A DNA stretch of 64,000 nucleotides from Candidatus Woesearchaeota archaeon (lineage in GTDB: Archaea; Nanobdellota; Nanobdellia; SCGC-AAA011-G17; JAFCDX01): NCBI GenBank assembly GCA_017609465.1, contig JAFCDX010000003.1, forward strand, positions 46,712 to 110,711, given 5' to 3'. Of the stretch, positions 18,505 to 28,678 are shown one piece after another. The notes under the pieces are model-generated. The model was not told the DNA's origin. It was given only the letters and a program-made list of their open reading frames with translations, and made no database searches. A program made the translations under genes and the position numbers. Within the stretch, counting starts at the first letter, position 1. The number at the start of each line of letters is the position of its first letter.

Positions 18505-19752
18505 ATGGAAATAATATCTGATTTACATATACATAGCCGATTCTCAAGAGCATGTTCTAAACAAATTAATATAGACAATCTTGAAAAATATGCAAAAATT
18601 AAAGGTGTTGATTTATTGGGTACTGGAGATTTTACACATAAGGAATGGTATAATGAAATTCTGGAAAAAACAAAAGAAGATGAAAATGGAATTAGAAAAA
18701 CAAAAACAGGATTTCCTTTCATATGGCAAACAGAAATTTCTTTGATATATACGCAAGGAGGTAAAGGAAGAAGAATTCATTTTGTTATATTGGCCCCAAA
18801 TAAAGATGTTGTTGACCAAATAACAGAATTTCTTGGAAGCAAGGGAAGATTGGATTATGATGGTAGACCAATATTTGGGTTTCCTGCAACGGAACTAGTT
18901 GAGAAATTAATGAGCATCTCAAAAGATATAGAAATAATTCCTGCCCACATATGGACTTCGTGGTTTGGGATACTTGGTTCTAAATCAGGATTTGATTCTT
19001 TTGAAGAATGTTTCCAGGACCAAGTAAAAAACATACATGCATTAGAAACAGGATTGTCAAGTGATCCACTTATGAATTGGAGAATATCATCACTTGACAA
19101 GTTTGCAATAACCTCTTTTTCAGATATGCATTCCTTTTGGCCTTGGAGATTAGGAAGAGAAGCGACAATGTTTGAATGTGATTTAAAATACAAGGAAATA
19201 ATAAAATGCATAAGAAACAAAAAAAATATATCCACAATAGAAGTTGATCCTGCTTATGGGAAATACCATTATGACGGACATAGGGATTGCAATATAGTAT
19301 TTTCACCAAAGGAATCAAAAAAACACAACAATATATGTCCCGTTTGCAAAAGACCATTAACAATTGGTGTTGAGAGTAGAGTTGAGGAATTGGCTGACAG
19401 AAAAGAAAATTACAAACCCAAAAATGCAATGAAATTTTATTCATTAATACCACTATCGGAATTAATAGCAAATTCGTATAATACACAACCTTTCTCAAAA
19501 AAGGTTCAATTTGAATTTGATAAACTAATAAAGAATTTCAATTCTGAATTTAATATTTTGTTAAATGTTTCTAAGGAGGATTTAAACAAAATAACAAATG
19601 AAGACATAATCAATATGATAATGCTTAACAGAGAAGGAAAATTAAGAATACAGCCAGGTTATGATGGGGTTTATGGAAAACTTCTAAGGCCAGGAGAAAA
19701 ATTTGAGATAAAAAGAGATAAAAAATTTCAGAAATCATTAAATGAATTTTAG
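18505..19752 (+). CDS. PHP-family phosphoesterase with C-terminal zinc ribbon (COG1379-like)
   Basis: DLHIHSRFSRACS...GTGDFTH PHP motifs. Cys cluster CNIV...CPVCK. Confidence 0.55.
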   Translation: MEIISDLHIHSRFSRACSKQINIDNLEKYAKIKGVDLLGTGDFTHKEWYNEILEKTKEDENGIRKTKTGFPFIWQTEISLIYTQGGKGRRIHFVILAPNKDVVDQITEFLGSKGRLDYDGRPIFGFPATELVEKLMSISKDIEIIPAHIWTSWFGILGSKSGFDSFEECFQDQVKNIHALETGLSSDPLMNWRISSLDKFAITSFSDMHSFWPWRLGREATMFECDLKYKEIIKCIRNKKNISTIEVDPAYGKYHYDGHRDCNIVFSPKESKKHNNICPVCKRPLTIGVESRVEELADRKENYKPKNAMKFYSLIPLSELIANSYNTQPFSKKVQFEFDKLIKNFNSEFNILLNVSKEDLNKITNEDIINMIMLNREGKLRIQPGYDGVYGKLLRPGEKFEIKRDKKFQKSLNEF

Positions 19753-20573
19753 CCTATATAATCTGTGTCTTTCTTATCAAGAACTTCATTAACAAAATTA
19801 TTTTGATTCAATTGGTTAAGAAAATCCTCTGCCACATCTTCGTCTTCGATGAACATTTCCTGATTAGTTTTATCCAATTTATTCATCTCTCTCGTTAACC
19901 TCTTATTGTTTATCCCTAGTTTTAATTTTTTGTCTAGGGCAGAAACTATCTCCTTTGCAGCCTTGGCACCAACATAATTCTGGTCTGAAGAAGTTTCTCC
20001 CAGAATACTTATTCCCTTTATCTTTTTTTCCTGCGCAAGACCAATTAATAATCCTGAAGCACCAACAATCTGACCTGTTATTGAATTTAATGTTTTTTTG
20101 TTGTTGTATTTGCTAAGAATGTTTTTATTGTTTCCAGCAAAATATAACATTGGCTTTTCAGGGAATTCTTTCAAACCTATGCCTCCAAGAGTTATTATTT
20201 CACCACAATTATTTCTTTTGCAAAAATCTATTATTTTGTTGCAAAATGACGTGCATGAGCTACCCTCCAAAGGTTGTATGTCTCCTGTAAGCATAAACAA
20301 ATCATTATTTTTCATTTTCTTATGGTATATGGATATTGCAGGAATCTCCACCATATTTTTCTCATTGACAAAAACAGAATTATGTCCAAATTTAGAATAT
20401 ATCTCATAAGCTTTATTGGCTCTTAAATCATCTATTAAAAAATCAACTGCTAATTTTCCTACATTTCCAATTCCAGGCAATCCGCTTATCAAAACACTTT
20501 TCTTTGAAGCCTTTATATTTTTTGTTTTTCTAATTTCCCAGCTCATTTTTATATATTCTCCTGTATTTTCCAA
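19749..20573 (-). CDS. proteasome assembly chaperone (PAC2) family protein
   Basis: 'LISGLPGIGNVGKLAVDFL' is the PAC2/COG1938 signature. Conserved position next to Nop10 and aIF-2alpha. Confidence 0.6.
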   Translation of the reverse strand: MENTGEYIKMSWEIRKTKNIKASKKSVLISGLPGIGNVGKLAVDFLIDDLRANKAYEIYSKFGHNSVFVNEKNMVEIPAISIYHKKMKNNDLFMLTGDIQPLEGSSCTSFCNKIIDFCKRNNCGEIITLGGIGLKEFPEKPMLYFAGNNKNILSKYNNKKTLNSITGQIVGASGLLIGLAQEKKIKGISILGETSSDQNYVGAKAAKEIVSALDKKLKLGINNKRLTREMNKLDKTNQEMFIEDEDVAEDFLNQLNQNNFVNEVLDKKDTDYIG

Positions 20574-20691
20574 ATCTGTCCTCTAAACTGAATTTTGGAG
20601 GTTTTGGATTTATTGTTTTTATCTTGCATCTTTTGCAAATTTTTTCCAAAGTATACTCCTTACATTCAGGGCATTTAAAAATTTTATGCAT
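20530..20691 (-). CDS. nop10: H/ACA ribonucleoprotein subunit Nop10
   Basis: MHKIFKCPECKEYTLEKICKRCKIKTINPKPPKFSLEDRFGKYRR matches Nop10 (zinc ribbon plus PPKFS..D.YGKYRR). Start taken at the internal Met of track ORF 20530..20712. Confidence 0.75.
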   Translation of the reverse strand: MHKIFKCPECKEYTLEKICKRCKIKTINPKPPKFSLEDRFGKYRRIYKNELGN

Positions 20692-21454
20692 TTCTTTTAA
20701 ACTCAAATTCAATATCTCCCTTTTTTACTTCATTATTTATTTTTTCAACAGCTTCTTTTAATATTGCTTCTGCTTTTTTGTAATCCTTTGATTCAACAGT
20801 TATCTTGTATTTTGGAGCTGTAACATAACTTATTGTTATTCCTTCTTTAACACTTTCTGTCAATGCTTTTTTGATTATATTAACACCATTAGTGTCATAT
20901 GATTTTATGATCAAATCTCCTGAGATTCTTACTTCAGGAATTTTCATTTTTTCTTTGATATTCTTAACAAGATCTTTTGCTATCTTATCTTTTATATCTA
21001 ATTTTTTGACTATTTTTTCATCTTTAAGGACTTCATTAAAAAATTCAGTCAAGCTTCCATATTCATCGATTGCTTTATAACCAACTTCTTTGTACATGTC
21101 TTCTATGGACATCTTATTTGTTTTACCTATTAATTCTAATAATTTTTCAGCTTTAATTTCTTGCTTGTATTCCTTACTTTTCTTTATTTTCAAACCAGTT
21201 GACACTCTTCTTAATGAAAGATCTATGTGATGCTTGTCATTCACTTTAAGAACTTTTGTTACTATTTTCTTTCCTTCTTTGACATAATCTCTTATATTTC
21301 TTATTCTTCCAGGAGATATTTCAGAAATGTAAATCATCCCTTCTGCATCTTCATATTCATCCAAAGCCACAAAAACAGAATGAGATAATACTTTTTTGAC
21401 AGTACATACTACTAATTCTCCTTCTTCAGGCAAATCTTTTTTCTTATAAAACAT
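20684..21454 (-). CDS. translation initiation factor aIF-2 alpha subunit
   Basis: S1 domain ELVVCTVKKV...GMIYISEISPGRIRNIRDYVKEGKK. Confidence 0.85.
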   Translation of the reverse strand: MFYKKKDLPEEGELVVCTVKKVLSHSVFVALDEYEDAEGMIYISEISPGRIRNIRDYVKEGKKIVTKVLKVNDKHHIDLSLRRVSTGLKIKKSKEYKQEIKAEKLLELIGKTNKMSIEDMYKEVGYKAIDEYGSLTEFFNEVLKDEKIVKKLDIKDKIAKDLVKNIKEKMKIPEVRISGDLIIKSYDTNGVNIIKKALTESVKEGITISYVTAPKYKITVESKDYKKAEAILKEAVEKINNEVKKGDIEFEFKRNA

Positions 21455-21633
21455 TATTTCAGAACCTCCAAGATTTTTGCTTTTATCTTGCTTTTCCCCC
21501 CTGTAGGTTCTGCCAACAGTGATTTACAAACAAGACAATCTACTCTTGTTGATATTTTTCCAAATATCACTTGTTCGTTCTTGCATTTATTGCATTGAAC
21601 CCTTACAAACTTGCTGTCTTGCTCTCTTTTCAT
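21454..21633 (-). CDS. rps27e: 30S ribosomal protein S27e
   Basis: 59-aa ORF, below track cutoff: [59 protein letters not shown] with the C4 zinc finger. Stop overlaps the aIF-2alpha ATG; start overlaps the L44e stop (ATGA). Confidence 0.8.
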   Translation of the reverse strand: MKREQDSKFVRVQCNKCKNEQVIFGKISTRVDCLVCKSLLAEPTGGKSKIKAKILEVLK

Positions 21634-21938
21634 TCTAATTCCACCTTCTTAGTTCTTGACCCTGATTTAATTATACTTTTATTGCATACGTTACATGTTA
21701 ACTTTAAATTTAATTTCTTGCTTGTTTTTGCCCCAACCCTTTTAAATTTTGATATCGCTGGCTTAGAATAACGTCCTTTGTTTCCGGCGCCCCTTCCTCT
21801 GCCTCTTTTTTCAGCTCTTTCTTTTGAACCATGTTTTAAAGCACTCCTTTTTGTTCCAGTTTTAACTAAAGAAATCTTTTGTTCTGTTGTTTTTTTACAA
21901 TATTTGCAGTATCCTTTTGTTTTTTTAGGTATTTTCAT
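21630..21938 (-). CDS. rpl44e: 50S ribosomal protein L44e
   Basis: [11 protein letters not shown]...LTCNVCNK zinc ribbon and basic composition typical of L44e. Confidence 0.8.
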   Translation of the reverse strand: MKIPKKTKGYCKYCKKTTEQKISLVKTGTKRSALKHGSKERAEKRGRGRGAGNKGRYSKPAISKFKRVGAKTSKKLNLKLTCNVCNKSIIKSGSRTKKVELE

Positions 21939-22539
21939 CTTTAATTTCCTCTGCTCTGTTATTTTTTAACAACAAATTTGCGACTTCCTCGGATATTGAA
22001 ACGATATCATTTTGCTCAAAAGGGCCGTAAATCTGCATATCATCCCCAACAAATTTAGGTATTGGTTTTGTTATTTTCACTAATTTTAGGGAAATTTTAT
22101 CATCTTGGCTTTTTAATACTTTCGGTTCTTCCTTTTTTCCATTCATAAGTCTGTTAAAAAGAGAGTTTCTGTGCTTTGTCAAACTAGACTTTAAATCATT
22201 GTATAATTCAGTCTCATAATCCAAAATAGAAAAATCTTTCATATCTGAATCTGTTCTTGAAGAGAATAAAGCTAATTGCATTATTTTGTTTTCCCTCCTT
22301 TCATATAATTCCTTTAATATTTTTTGAATCTGCTCTATCTGTTTTCTTGTTTTTAATGCTTCAGACTGAGTGAATATTGAATCCTTTGACTCCTGCGATT
22401 TTAGTATCTCTTTTTTAGTATTCATATATTCTATGACCTCATCAAAGAAGTTGGGACTTAGTTTTTGAAGCTCTTCAGAATTCTTCTCTTTCCTGAGAAT
22501 TTCATATAAGGATTCATATGTTATTTTTATGTCTGACAT
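21925..22539 (-). CDS. probable GINS subunit (Gins51-type, A-domain then B-domain)
   Basis: Helical N-terminus (YESLYEILRKEKNSEELQKLSPNFFDEV) and C-terminal beta-rich 'FVGDDMQIYGPFEQNDIVSISEEVANLL' resemble archaeal GINS. Not verified. Confidence 0.4.
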   Translation of the reverse strand: MSDIKITYESLYEILRKEKNSEELQKLSPNFFDEVIEYMNTKKEILKSQESKDSIFTQSEALKTRKQIEQIQKILKELYERRENKIMQLALFSSRTDSDMKDFSILDYETELYNDLKSSLTKHRNSLFNRLMNGKKEEPKVLKSQDDKISLKLVKITKPIPKFVGDDMQIYGPFEQNDIVSISEEVANLLLKNNRAEEIKDENT

Positions 22540-22581
22540 ATAATATTTTTAAGAATATTCTTTTAAAAGGTTTTATGTTGT

Positions 22582-23625
22582 TTAATAGATAAATTTCTTA
22601 ACATCTTTCCCTTCTAAAACCCCTAAAGAACCTTTTTTGCAGTAATTTTCACCGAATTTATCGACACTGTCCTTCCTTCCACCATAAATCAAGATAGGAA
22701 CAGGGTGCTTTGAATGTCTTTTTAACTTGCATGGCGTTGAATGGTCGGAAGTAATTATTAAAGTGGTATTTTTAATATATTTTATATTTTTCAAATATCT
22801 GTCAACTTTCTCTATAGCCTTTACTTTTCCTATCAAATTTCCTTTATGCCCATAAGTATCTGGCCCTTTTATCTGCACATAAATATTTTTATCAGAATTC
22901 AGTATTTTTCTTATTGTATCTTTTTTCTTGAAAGTTTTCATTCCCAATAATTTTCCTAGACCAATTTCAACAGGCATATCTGCACCAACCTCCCAATTTT
23001 TTAATTTTTTAACTTTCGGAAGTTTATAAGAACTGCCCCTTAAAAGAATTGTTTTGTCTTTCATGATATGCTCTGCTTTTTCTATAAAATCCTGAATATC
23101 TTTATTATTTGCCTTTACTTTATAACCTAAAGAATCCATTGCCTTTGAATAATTTTTGATTTTTTTGTAAAAAGGATTTGTATTCTTTAATTCAATTTTT
23201 CCATTATATTCTAAGATGCACCTATAACTCTTTGTTGGATATATCTTTATTTTTCGGTTTATCTCATTCAAGTCTTCCAATATATATTCTGATGGTATGT
23301 TTGCTCTTTCAAGTATCTTTTTTCCTTTGAAATAATTGAAATTTCCCCTTATGTAAGTATGATTTTTCTTTATTTTTATATCTGCGCCTAATGCTTCTAT
23401 TATTCCCCTTCCAGGATATTTTGATAAAGGATATCCCAATATAACAAATTGTGACACTCCCGATTCTGGAGCAATTCCTTTTATTGGATGCATAATCCCT
23501 GTAATACCTCTATCAGCAAAGAAATCCAAAGTTGGTGTTTTTGCAGCCTCTAATGGGGTTTTATTTCCCAAATGCTTATAAGATATGTCTCCGAGACCAT
23601 CTATTATTATCACCACTTTTCTCAT
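22582..23625 (-). CDS. cofactor-independent phosphoglycerate mutase, archaeal type (alkaline-phosphatase superfamily)
   Basis: N-terminal VIIIDGLGD...TPTLD and C-terminal TSDHSTP metal-site motifs. Confidence 0.6.
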   Translation of the reverse strand: MRKVVIIIDGLGDISYKHLGNKTPLEAAKTPTLDFFADRGITGIMHPIKGIAPESGVSQFVILGYPLSKYPGRGIIEALGADIKIKKNHTYIRGNFNYFKGKKILERANIPSEYILEDLNEINRKIKIYPTKSYRCILEYNGKIELKNTNPFYKKIKNYSKAMDSLGYKVKANNKDIQDFIEKAEHIMKDKTILLRGSSYKLPKVKKLKNWEVGADMPVEIGLGKLLGMKTFKKKDTIRKILNSDKNIYVQIKGPDTYGHKGNLIGKVKAIEKVDRYLKNIKYIKNTTLIITSDHSTPCKLKRHSKHPVPILIYGGRKDSVDKFGENYCKKGSLGVLEGKDVKKFIY

Positions 23626-23677
23626 AACAAAAAAAGGGCTTAGAAATATTTAAAAGTTTTTAATTAAGAAAAATAAC

Positions 23678-24289
23678 ATGATAATATCACAAGGCGCAGA
23701 AGCAATTTTAAGAAAAGAAAACAACCAATTAATAAAAGAAAGAATTTCAAAAAACTACAGAATCAATGATTTAGATGAAAAAATAAGAAAATTAAGAACA
23801 AGATCAGAATCAAAATTACTTGAAAAAGCTTATTCTATAATAAAAGTCCCAAAATTAATAGATTCAAATGATAAAGAAATGAAAATAATTATGGAATTCA
23901 TTGAAGGAGAAAAACTTTCTGATAATCTTGACAAATTTAATAGTAAAAAAAGAGACAAAATAACAGAAGAAATAGGAAAAAACACAGCTTTATTGCATAA
24001 CAACAATATAATCCATGGAGATTTAACAACATCCAACATGATTTTAAAAAATGAGGAAATTTACTTCATTGATTTTGGACTTGGTTTTTTTTCAATAAAA
24101 TCGGAAGACAAAGCAGTTGATATTCATTTATTCAAACAGGCTTTGGAGAGCAAGCATTACAGACATTTTGAAACCTCTTTCGAAAATTTTCTAAAAGGTT
24201 ACAAAAAACACACCAGTAATTACAAGAATATAATGGAAAGGCTTGAAAAAGTTGAAAAGAGAGGAAGATACAAAAGCAAAAATCCATAA
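23678..24289 (+). CDS. KEOPS kinase Bud32 (RIO-type)
   Basis: ~200 aa with catalytic loop HGDLTTSNMIL and IDFGLG. Confidence 0.7.
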   Translation: MIISQGAEAILRKENNQLIKERISKNYRINDLDEKIRKLRTRSESKLLEKAYSIIKVPKLIDSNDKEMKIIMEFIEGEKLSDNLDKFNSKKRDKITEEIGKNTALLHNNNIIHGDLTTSNMILKNEEIYFIDFGLGFFSIKSEDKAVDIHLFKQALESKHYRHFETSFENFLKGYKKHTSNYKNIMERLEKVEKRGRYKSKNP

Positions 24290-24320
24290 CCTTTATAAAA
24301 AAAGTTTTTCTTAATAATTT

Positions 24321-24881
24321 ATGATTGAAATAAGGATTCATGGAAGGGGAGGTCAAGGAGGAAAGACAGCAGGACAGTTAATTGCAGAAGCTGCTTTATC
24401 CGAAAAGAAATATGTTCACGCATTCCCGGAATACGGGCCAGAAAGAACAGGCGCTCCTGTAAAAACATATGTTAAAATTTCTGACAAAGAAATACTTAAT
24501 CATTCTGGAATAAAGCATGCGGAAATAGTTTTAGTAATAGATGAATCATTAATAGATGAGGACATAGTTGAAAATATAGCAAGCACGTGCATCTTTGTTA
24601 TAAACACAAAAAAAGACCTTACACAAAAACTAAGGAAATTTGGATTTAATGGGCATATTTATTGTATTGACGCTACTCAAATAGCCCTGCATGAATTAGG
24701 AAAAAACATACCTAATATAGCTTTAGTTGGTGGTCTTATTAAAGCCAGCAAAGAAAAGGTGATAAAATTAAAATCTCTAAATAATAAAATAAAAAAGATA
24801 TTAGAAAAAAAGGGCAAAGGAATTGTTAATGCTAATCTAAAAGCAGCAAAGAGGGCTTATGATGAAATTAAAAAATGCTAG
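24321..24881 (+). CDS. porG: 2-oxoacid:ferredoxin oxidoreductase gamma subunit
   Basis: IEIRIHGRGGQGGKTAGQLIAEAA. Confidence 0.8.
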   Translation: MIEIRIHGRGGQGGKTAGQLIAEAALSEKKYVHAFPEYGPERTGAPVKTYVKISDKEILNHSGIKHAEIVLVIDESLIDEDIVENIASTCIFVINTKKDLTQKLRKFGFNGHIYCIDATQIALHELGKNIPNIALVGGLIKASKEKVIKLKSLNNKIKKILEKKGKGIVNANLKAAKRAYDEIKKC

Positions 24882-25137
24882 AGAAATAGAAGAAGGAACT
24901 GTATTAAAAGAAGGGACTTCAAAAAAAAATAAAACAGGTAATTGGAAAACCTTTGAGCCTGTTGTTGATTTTGATAAATGCATTCATTGTATGAAATGTG
25001 TTATGTATTGCCCTGATATTTGTATTTTTCAAAAAAATGGAAAAAGAGGTAAAAATGATTTAAGTATGTGCAAAGGCTGTGGAATTTGTGCCCAAGTATG
25101 TCCTGCAAATGCAATAAAGATGGTAAAAAGAAAATGA
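24859..25137 (+). CDS. porD: 2-oxoacid:ferredoxin oxidoreductase delta subunit (2x[4Fe-4S] ferredoxin)
   Basis: CIHCMKCVMYCP and CKGCGICAQVCP. Confidence 0.8.
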   Translation: MMKLKNAREIEEGTVLKEGTSKKNKTGNWKTFEPVVDFDKCIHCMKCVMYCPDICIFQKNGKRGKNDLSMCKGCGICAQVCPANAIKMVKRK

Positions 25138-26270
25138 AAAAAATAAAAGCTTTAACTGGAAATGGAGCAGCATCTGAGATAATGAGACAAGTAAATCCAG
25201 ATGTTGTAGCAGCTTATCCTATAACTCCAAGCACACAAATAATGGAGGATTTTTCACAATATCTTGCTGATGGTAAAGTTGATACTGAACTAATAAGGGT
25301 TGAGAGCGAGCATTCTGCAATAAGTGCTTGTGTTGGTGCTTCCCATGCAGGGGCAAGAGTAATGACAGCAACATCTTCAGCAGGTCTTGCATTCATGTGG
25401 GAAGTGTTAGGAGTTGCAGCAGGTTTGAGAACTCCGATGGTAATGAATGTAGTTAACAGAACATTAAGCTCTCCGATAAATATTCACTGTGATCATTCAG
25501 ATTCAATGGGTGCAAGAGATTTAGGATGGATACAAATTTATTCTGAAAATGCAAACGAGGTTTATATCAATAATTTGATAGCAATAAAATTAGCAGAGAA
25601 AATAAATCTTCCTGTGATGATATGCCAAGACGGATTCATAACATCTCATTGTGTTGAAGGGGTTGATATATTGGAAGACAAAGATGTGAAAAAATTTATA
25701 GGAGAATTTAAACCAAAATATAGTTTATTAAAAGATAATATTGCAATAGGAAATCTTGCTTTGCCAGATTATTTTTATGAAATTAAGATGCAAAATGTAA
25801 TAGCTATGGAAAAAGCAAAAAAAGAATTTCTAAGAATTGATAAGGAAGTAAACAAATTATTAAAGCATGAAACAGGTTATTTTGAAGAATATAAATTAAA
25901 AGATGCTAAAGTTGTAATTGTTGCATTAAGTTCTACTTGCGGAACAGTTAAAAGTGTTATAAATGAGTTAAGGAAAAAAGGAAAGAAAGTTGGTTTATTA
26001 AAACTAAGATTATTCAGGCCATTCCCCAAGGAAGAGCTAAAAAGAGTATTGGGAAATAAAAAAATTATTGTTATGGATAGAAGTGTTAGTCTAGGTTCTG
26101 ATGCCCCTTTATATATTGAAATAAAGAATGCTACAGAGAGTAAGGATATATATAGTATTATTTATGGATTAGGTGGAAGAAACATATATGAAAAAGAAAT
26201 TAAATATATTTTTGAAAGAGCTCTTAATAATAAATTAAAAAAACTGGAATATGTAGGTGTTAGAAAATGA
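25134..26270 (+). CDS. porA: 2-oxoacid:ferredoxin oxidoreductase alpha subunit
   Basis: Start at the internal ATG overlapping the porD stop (ATGA). MKKIKALTGNGAASEIMRQ and a PFOR domain follow. Confidence 0.8.
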   Translation: MKKIKALTGNGAASEIMRQVNPDVVAAYPITPSTQIMEDFSQYLADGKVDTELIRVESEHSAISACVGASHAGARVMTATSSAGLAFMWEVLGVAAGLRTPMVMNVVNRTLSSPINIHCDHSDSMGARDLGWIQIYSENANEVYINNLIAIKLAEKINLPVMICQDGFITSHCVEGVDILEDKDVKKFIGEFKPKYSLLKDNIAIGNLALPDYFYEIKMQNVIAMEKAKKEFLRIDKEVNKLLKHETGYFEEYKLKDAKVVIVALSSTCGTVKSVINELRKKGKKVGLLKLRLFRPFPKEELKRVLGNKKIIVMDRSVSLGSDAPLYIEIKNATESKDIYSIIYGLGGRNIYEKEIKYIFERALNNKLKKLEYVGVRK

Positions 26271-27187
26271 ATATGAAAGAATTGGCAAAAAAGGAACCAA
26301 GATTTTCAAGTGGCCATAGGGCGTGTGCTGGATGCGGATTTCCTCAAATAGTAAGAACCATCTTGGCGAGCACTGACAAAAAAGTTGTAGTTGCAAATGC
26401 TACCGGATGCTTAGAGGTTGTATCAACAATTTATCCTTTTAATTCATGGAAAACCCCTTATATTCATTCTGCTTTTGAAAATGCTGCTTCAACGATATCT
26501 GGAATTGAGAAAGCATATAATATTCAAAAAAGAAAAGGAAAAATAAAAGAGGATATCAAGTTTTTATGCATTGGTGGAGATGGGGGGATGACTGATATTG
26601 GATTTCAAGCTTTAAGTGGTGCATTAGAAAGATGGCATGATGTTGTTTATGTTCAGTATGACAATGAGGCATACCAAAATACGGGAGTTCAAAGATCAGG
26701 TGCAACACCATTGGGAACAAATACAACTACAACACCTGTAGGAAAAATACACCATGGAAAAGAATTAATGAAAAAAGACATAACAAGAATAGTTGCTGCA
26801 CATGGAATTCCCTATGTTGCCCAGGCATCATTAAGTCATTTGGAGGATTTAAGCATGAAAGCCAAAAAGGCATTTGAAACAAAGGGTCCTGCTTTTATTA
26901 ATGTACTACAACCCTGTGTTCCTGGATGGAAAATAGCATCAAATATGACAGTTGAAATAGCAAAAAGGGCTGTTGAAAGCGGTGCATGGCCATTATATGA
27001 AGTTAAAAATGGTAATTTTAAATTAAATTACAAACCTTCTAAACTAAGACCTGTTAAAGATTATTTCAAATTACAAGGACGTTTTAAGCATCTAACAGAA
27101 AAAGAAGTACAGATAATACAAAAAGTCATCGATGAAGAATGGAAAATGCTTCTTAAAGGAAATTATTGGAAAGTTAAAAGTTATTGA
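26267..27187 (+). CDS. porB: 2-oxoacid:ferredoxin oxidoreductase beta subunit (TPP-binding)
   Basis: CAGCG...GCLEVVST...IGGDGG TPP-binding motifs. Confidence 0.8.
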   Translation: MNMKELAKKEPRFSSGHRACAGCGFPQIVRTILASTDKKVVVANATGCLEVVSTIYPFNSWKTPYIHSAFENAASTISGIEKAYNIQKRKGKIKEDIKFLCIGGDGGMTDIGFQALSGALERWHDVVYVQYDNEAYQNTGVQRSGATPLGTNTTTTPVGKIHHGKELMKKDITRIVAAHGIPYVAQASLSHLEDLSMKAKKAFETKGPAFINVLQPCVPGWKIASNMTVEIAKRAVESGAWPLYEVKNGNFKLNYKPSKLRPVKDYFKLQGRFKHLTEKEVQIIQKVIDEEWKMLLKGNYWKVKSY

Positions 27188-28521
27188 TTGTATTTAATCA
27201 AATTTTTTATAGAATTAATTGCGTCATTAGGAAAATCATAAACAGGAATATCTTTTTCTTCAAGTTTTTCCTTATATATCTTGTTTGATTCTCCCCCTGT
27301 CATTATAACTACAAATGGTTTTTTGGTTAACTTATTCATATTTGAAAATATATTTACTATATTTTTTGATATTGAAGGCAATTGTGGTAGTAAAATAACA
27401 ACTAAAATATCAACATCCTTGTCCTTTAAAGAATTTTCAATTGCAATTTTATAATGTTCATCATTTGCACTTCCAGTAAGATCTATAGGATTTTTTACAA
27501 CCGCAATAGGAAGAAGTTTCTTTTTTATTTTTTCTTTATTTCTTATATTAGATAATTTTAAATTATTCTTAAGAACATTATCTGTAGTTATTATACCATA
27601 ACCCCCCCCATTTGTTATTATTTGTATCTTATTTCCTTTTGGTTTTTTCTTTTTTTCAAGCAATTTTGCAGTATCAAACATTTCTCTTATTGAATTTACT
27701 TCTATGATTCCAGATTGCTTGAAAGCTGCAGAATAAACTTCAGAAGAACCCGCCATTGATCCTGTATGAGATAATGTTGCTTCTTCAGATTCCTTGAATT
27801 TTCCTCCTTTTAATAACACAATAGGTTTTTTCTTTGAGACTTTTCTGGAGATTTTCATAAATTTTTTTCCATCTTCAACAGCCTCCAGATAAACGCATAT
27901 TACTTTTGTATTTTTATCTTTTGAAAGATATTTTAAATAATCAGATTCATCCACATTTACAGCATTTCCATAAGAAACAAATTTTGATATTCCTGTATTA
28001 TTATTAGAAAGCATGTCCAAAATAGCGCATCCTGCCGCACCTGATTGGGATATGAAAGAAAGGTTGCCTTTTTTTGGTCTCTTTAATTTATCAGGATATG
28101 CAAACAATGTATCAACATTAGAATAATTATCTAATATTCCAAGACAATTAGGGCCAACTGCAATCATATTATTTTTATCAAGATAATCTTTTAATTCTAA
28201 TTCCAAATTATTCTTTCCTATTTCTGAAAAACCTGCTGTAATTATAACAACTGATTTTATTCCTTTCTTATTGCACTCCTTTACTACATCTATGACCTTT
28301 AATGCCGGTATTGCTATTACAGCCATATCAATTTTTTCTTTCACATTCAAAACAGAAGTATAACATTTCTTTCCAGATATTGATTTTTCATGAGGATTTA
28401 TGCAATATAATTTTCCCTTAAAAGTTTTCTTTAAATTTTCAAAAATAACTCTTCCAACTTTATCCTTGCTTTTTGAAACACCTATAACAGCTATTGATTT
28501 TGGATTGAATATTTTGTCCAT
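27181..28521 (-). CDS. acetyl-CoA synthetase (ADP-forming), alpha / CoA-binding and ligase-CoA domains
   Basis: PKSIAVIGVSKSKDKVGRVIFENL CoA-binding Rossmann, then succinyl-CoA-synthetase-like domains. Confidence 0.65.
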   Translation of the reverse strand: MDKIFNPKSIAVIGVSKSKDKVGRVIFENLKKTFKGKLYCINPHEKSISGKKCYTSVLNVKEKIDMAVIAIPALKVIDVVKECNKKGIKSVVIITAGFSEIGKNNLELELKDYLDKNNMIAVGPNCLGILDNYSNVDTLFAYPDKLKRPKKGNLSFISQSGAAGCAILDMLSNNNTGISKFVSYGNAVNVDESDYLKYLSKDKNTKVICVYLEAVEDGKKFMKISRKVSKKKPIVLLKGGKFKESEEATLSHTGSMAGSSEVYSAAFKQSGIIEVNSIREMFDTAKLLEKKKKPKGNKIQIITNGGGYGIITTDNVLKNNLKLSNIRNKEKIKKKLLPIAVVKNPIDLTGSANDEHYKIAIENSLKDKDVDILVVILLPQLPSISKNIVNIFSNMNKLTKKPFVVIMTGGESNKIYKEKLEEKDIPVYDFPNDAINSIKNLIKYNQ

Positions 28522-28542
28522 AATTAGGATTAGAATAAGCTT

Positions 28543-28550
28543 TTTAAATA
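28543..28550 (+). promoter_or_regulatory. candidate archaeal TATA box (tttaaata) for tRNA-Arg(TCG)
   Basis: TTTAWATA consensus centred ~24 nt upstream of the tRNA 5' end. Confidence 0.35.
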
Positions 28551-28569
28551 GTTTTTCATTTGATATATT

Positions 28570-28641
28570 GAGCCTATGGTGTAATGGATAGCACGTGAGG
28601 TTTCGGCCCTCAAGATTCCGGTTCGATTCCGGATAGGCTCA
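28570..28641 (+). tRNA. tRNA-Arg (anticodon TCG)
   Basis: Acceptor GAGCCTA/TAGGCTC, D-stem GTGT/GCAC, anticodon stem TGAGG/CCTCA, loop TTTCGGC, T-arm TCCGG-TTCGATT-CCGGA, discriminator A. Confidence 0.75.
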
Positions 28642-28678
28642 TAAAAATATTTATAAATAAACAAAAAAATAGAATTAT

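Noticed and set aside
21454-21633. Apparent truncation or frameshift of the S27e gene (GGKAR* instead of the [15 protein letters not shown] tail)
   Set aside because: Position-by-position recount showed six C's, not five, at 21496-21501. The gene is intact at 59 aa plus stop, 180 nt, between the L44e stop and the aIF-2alpha start.
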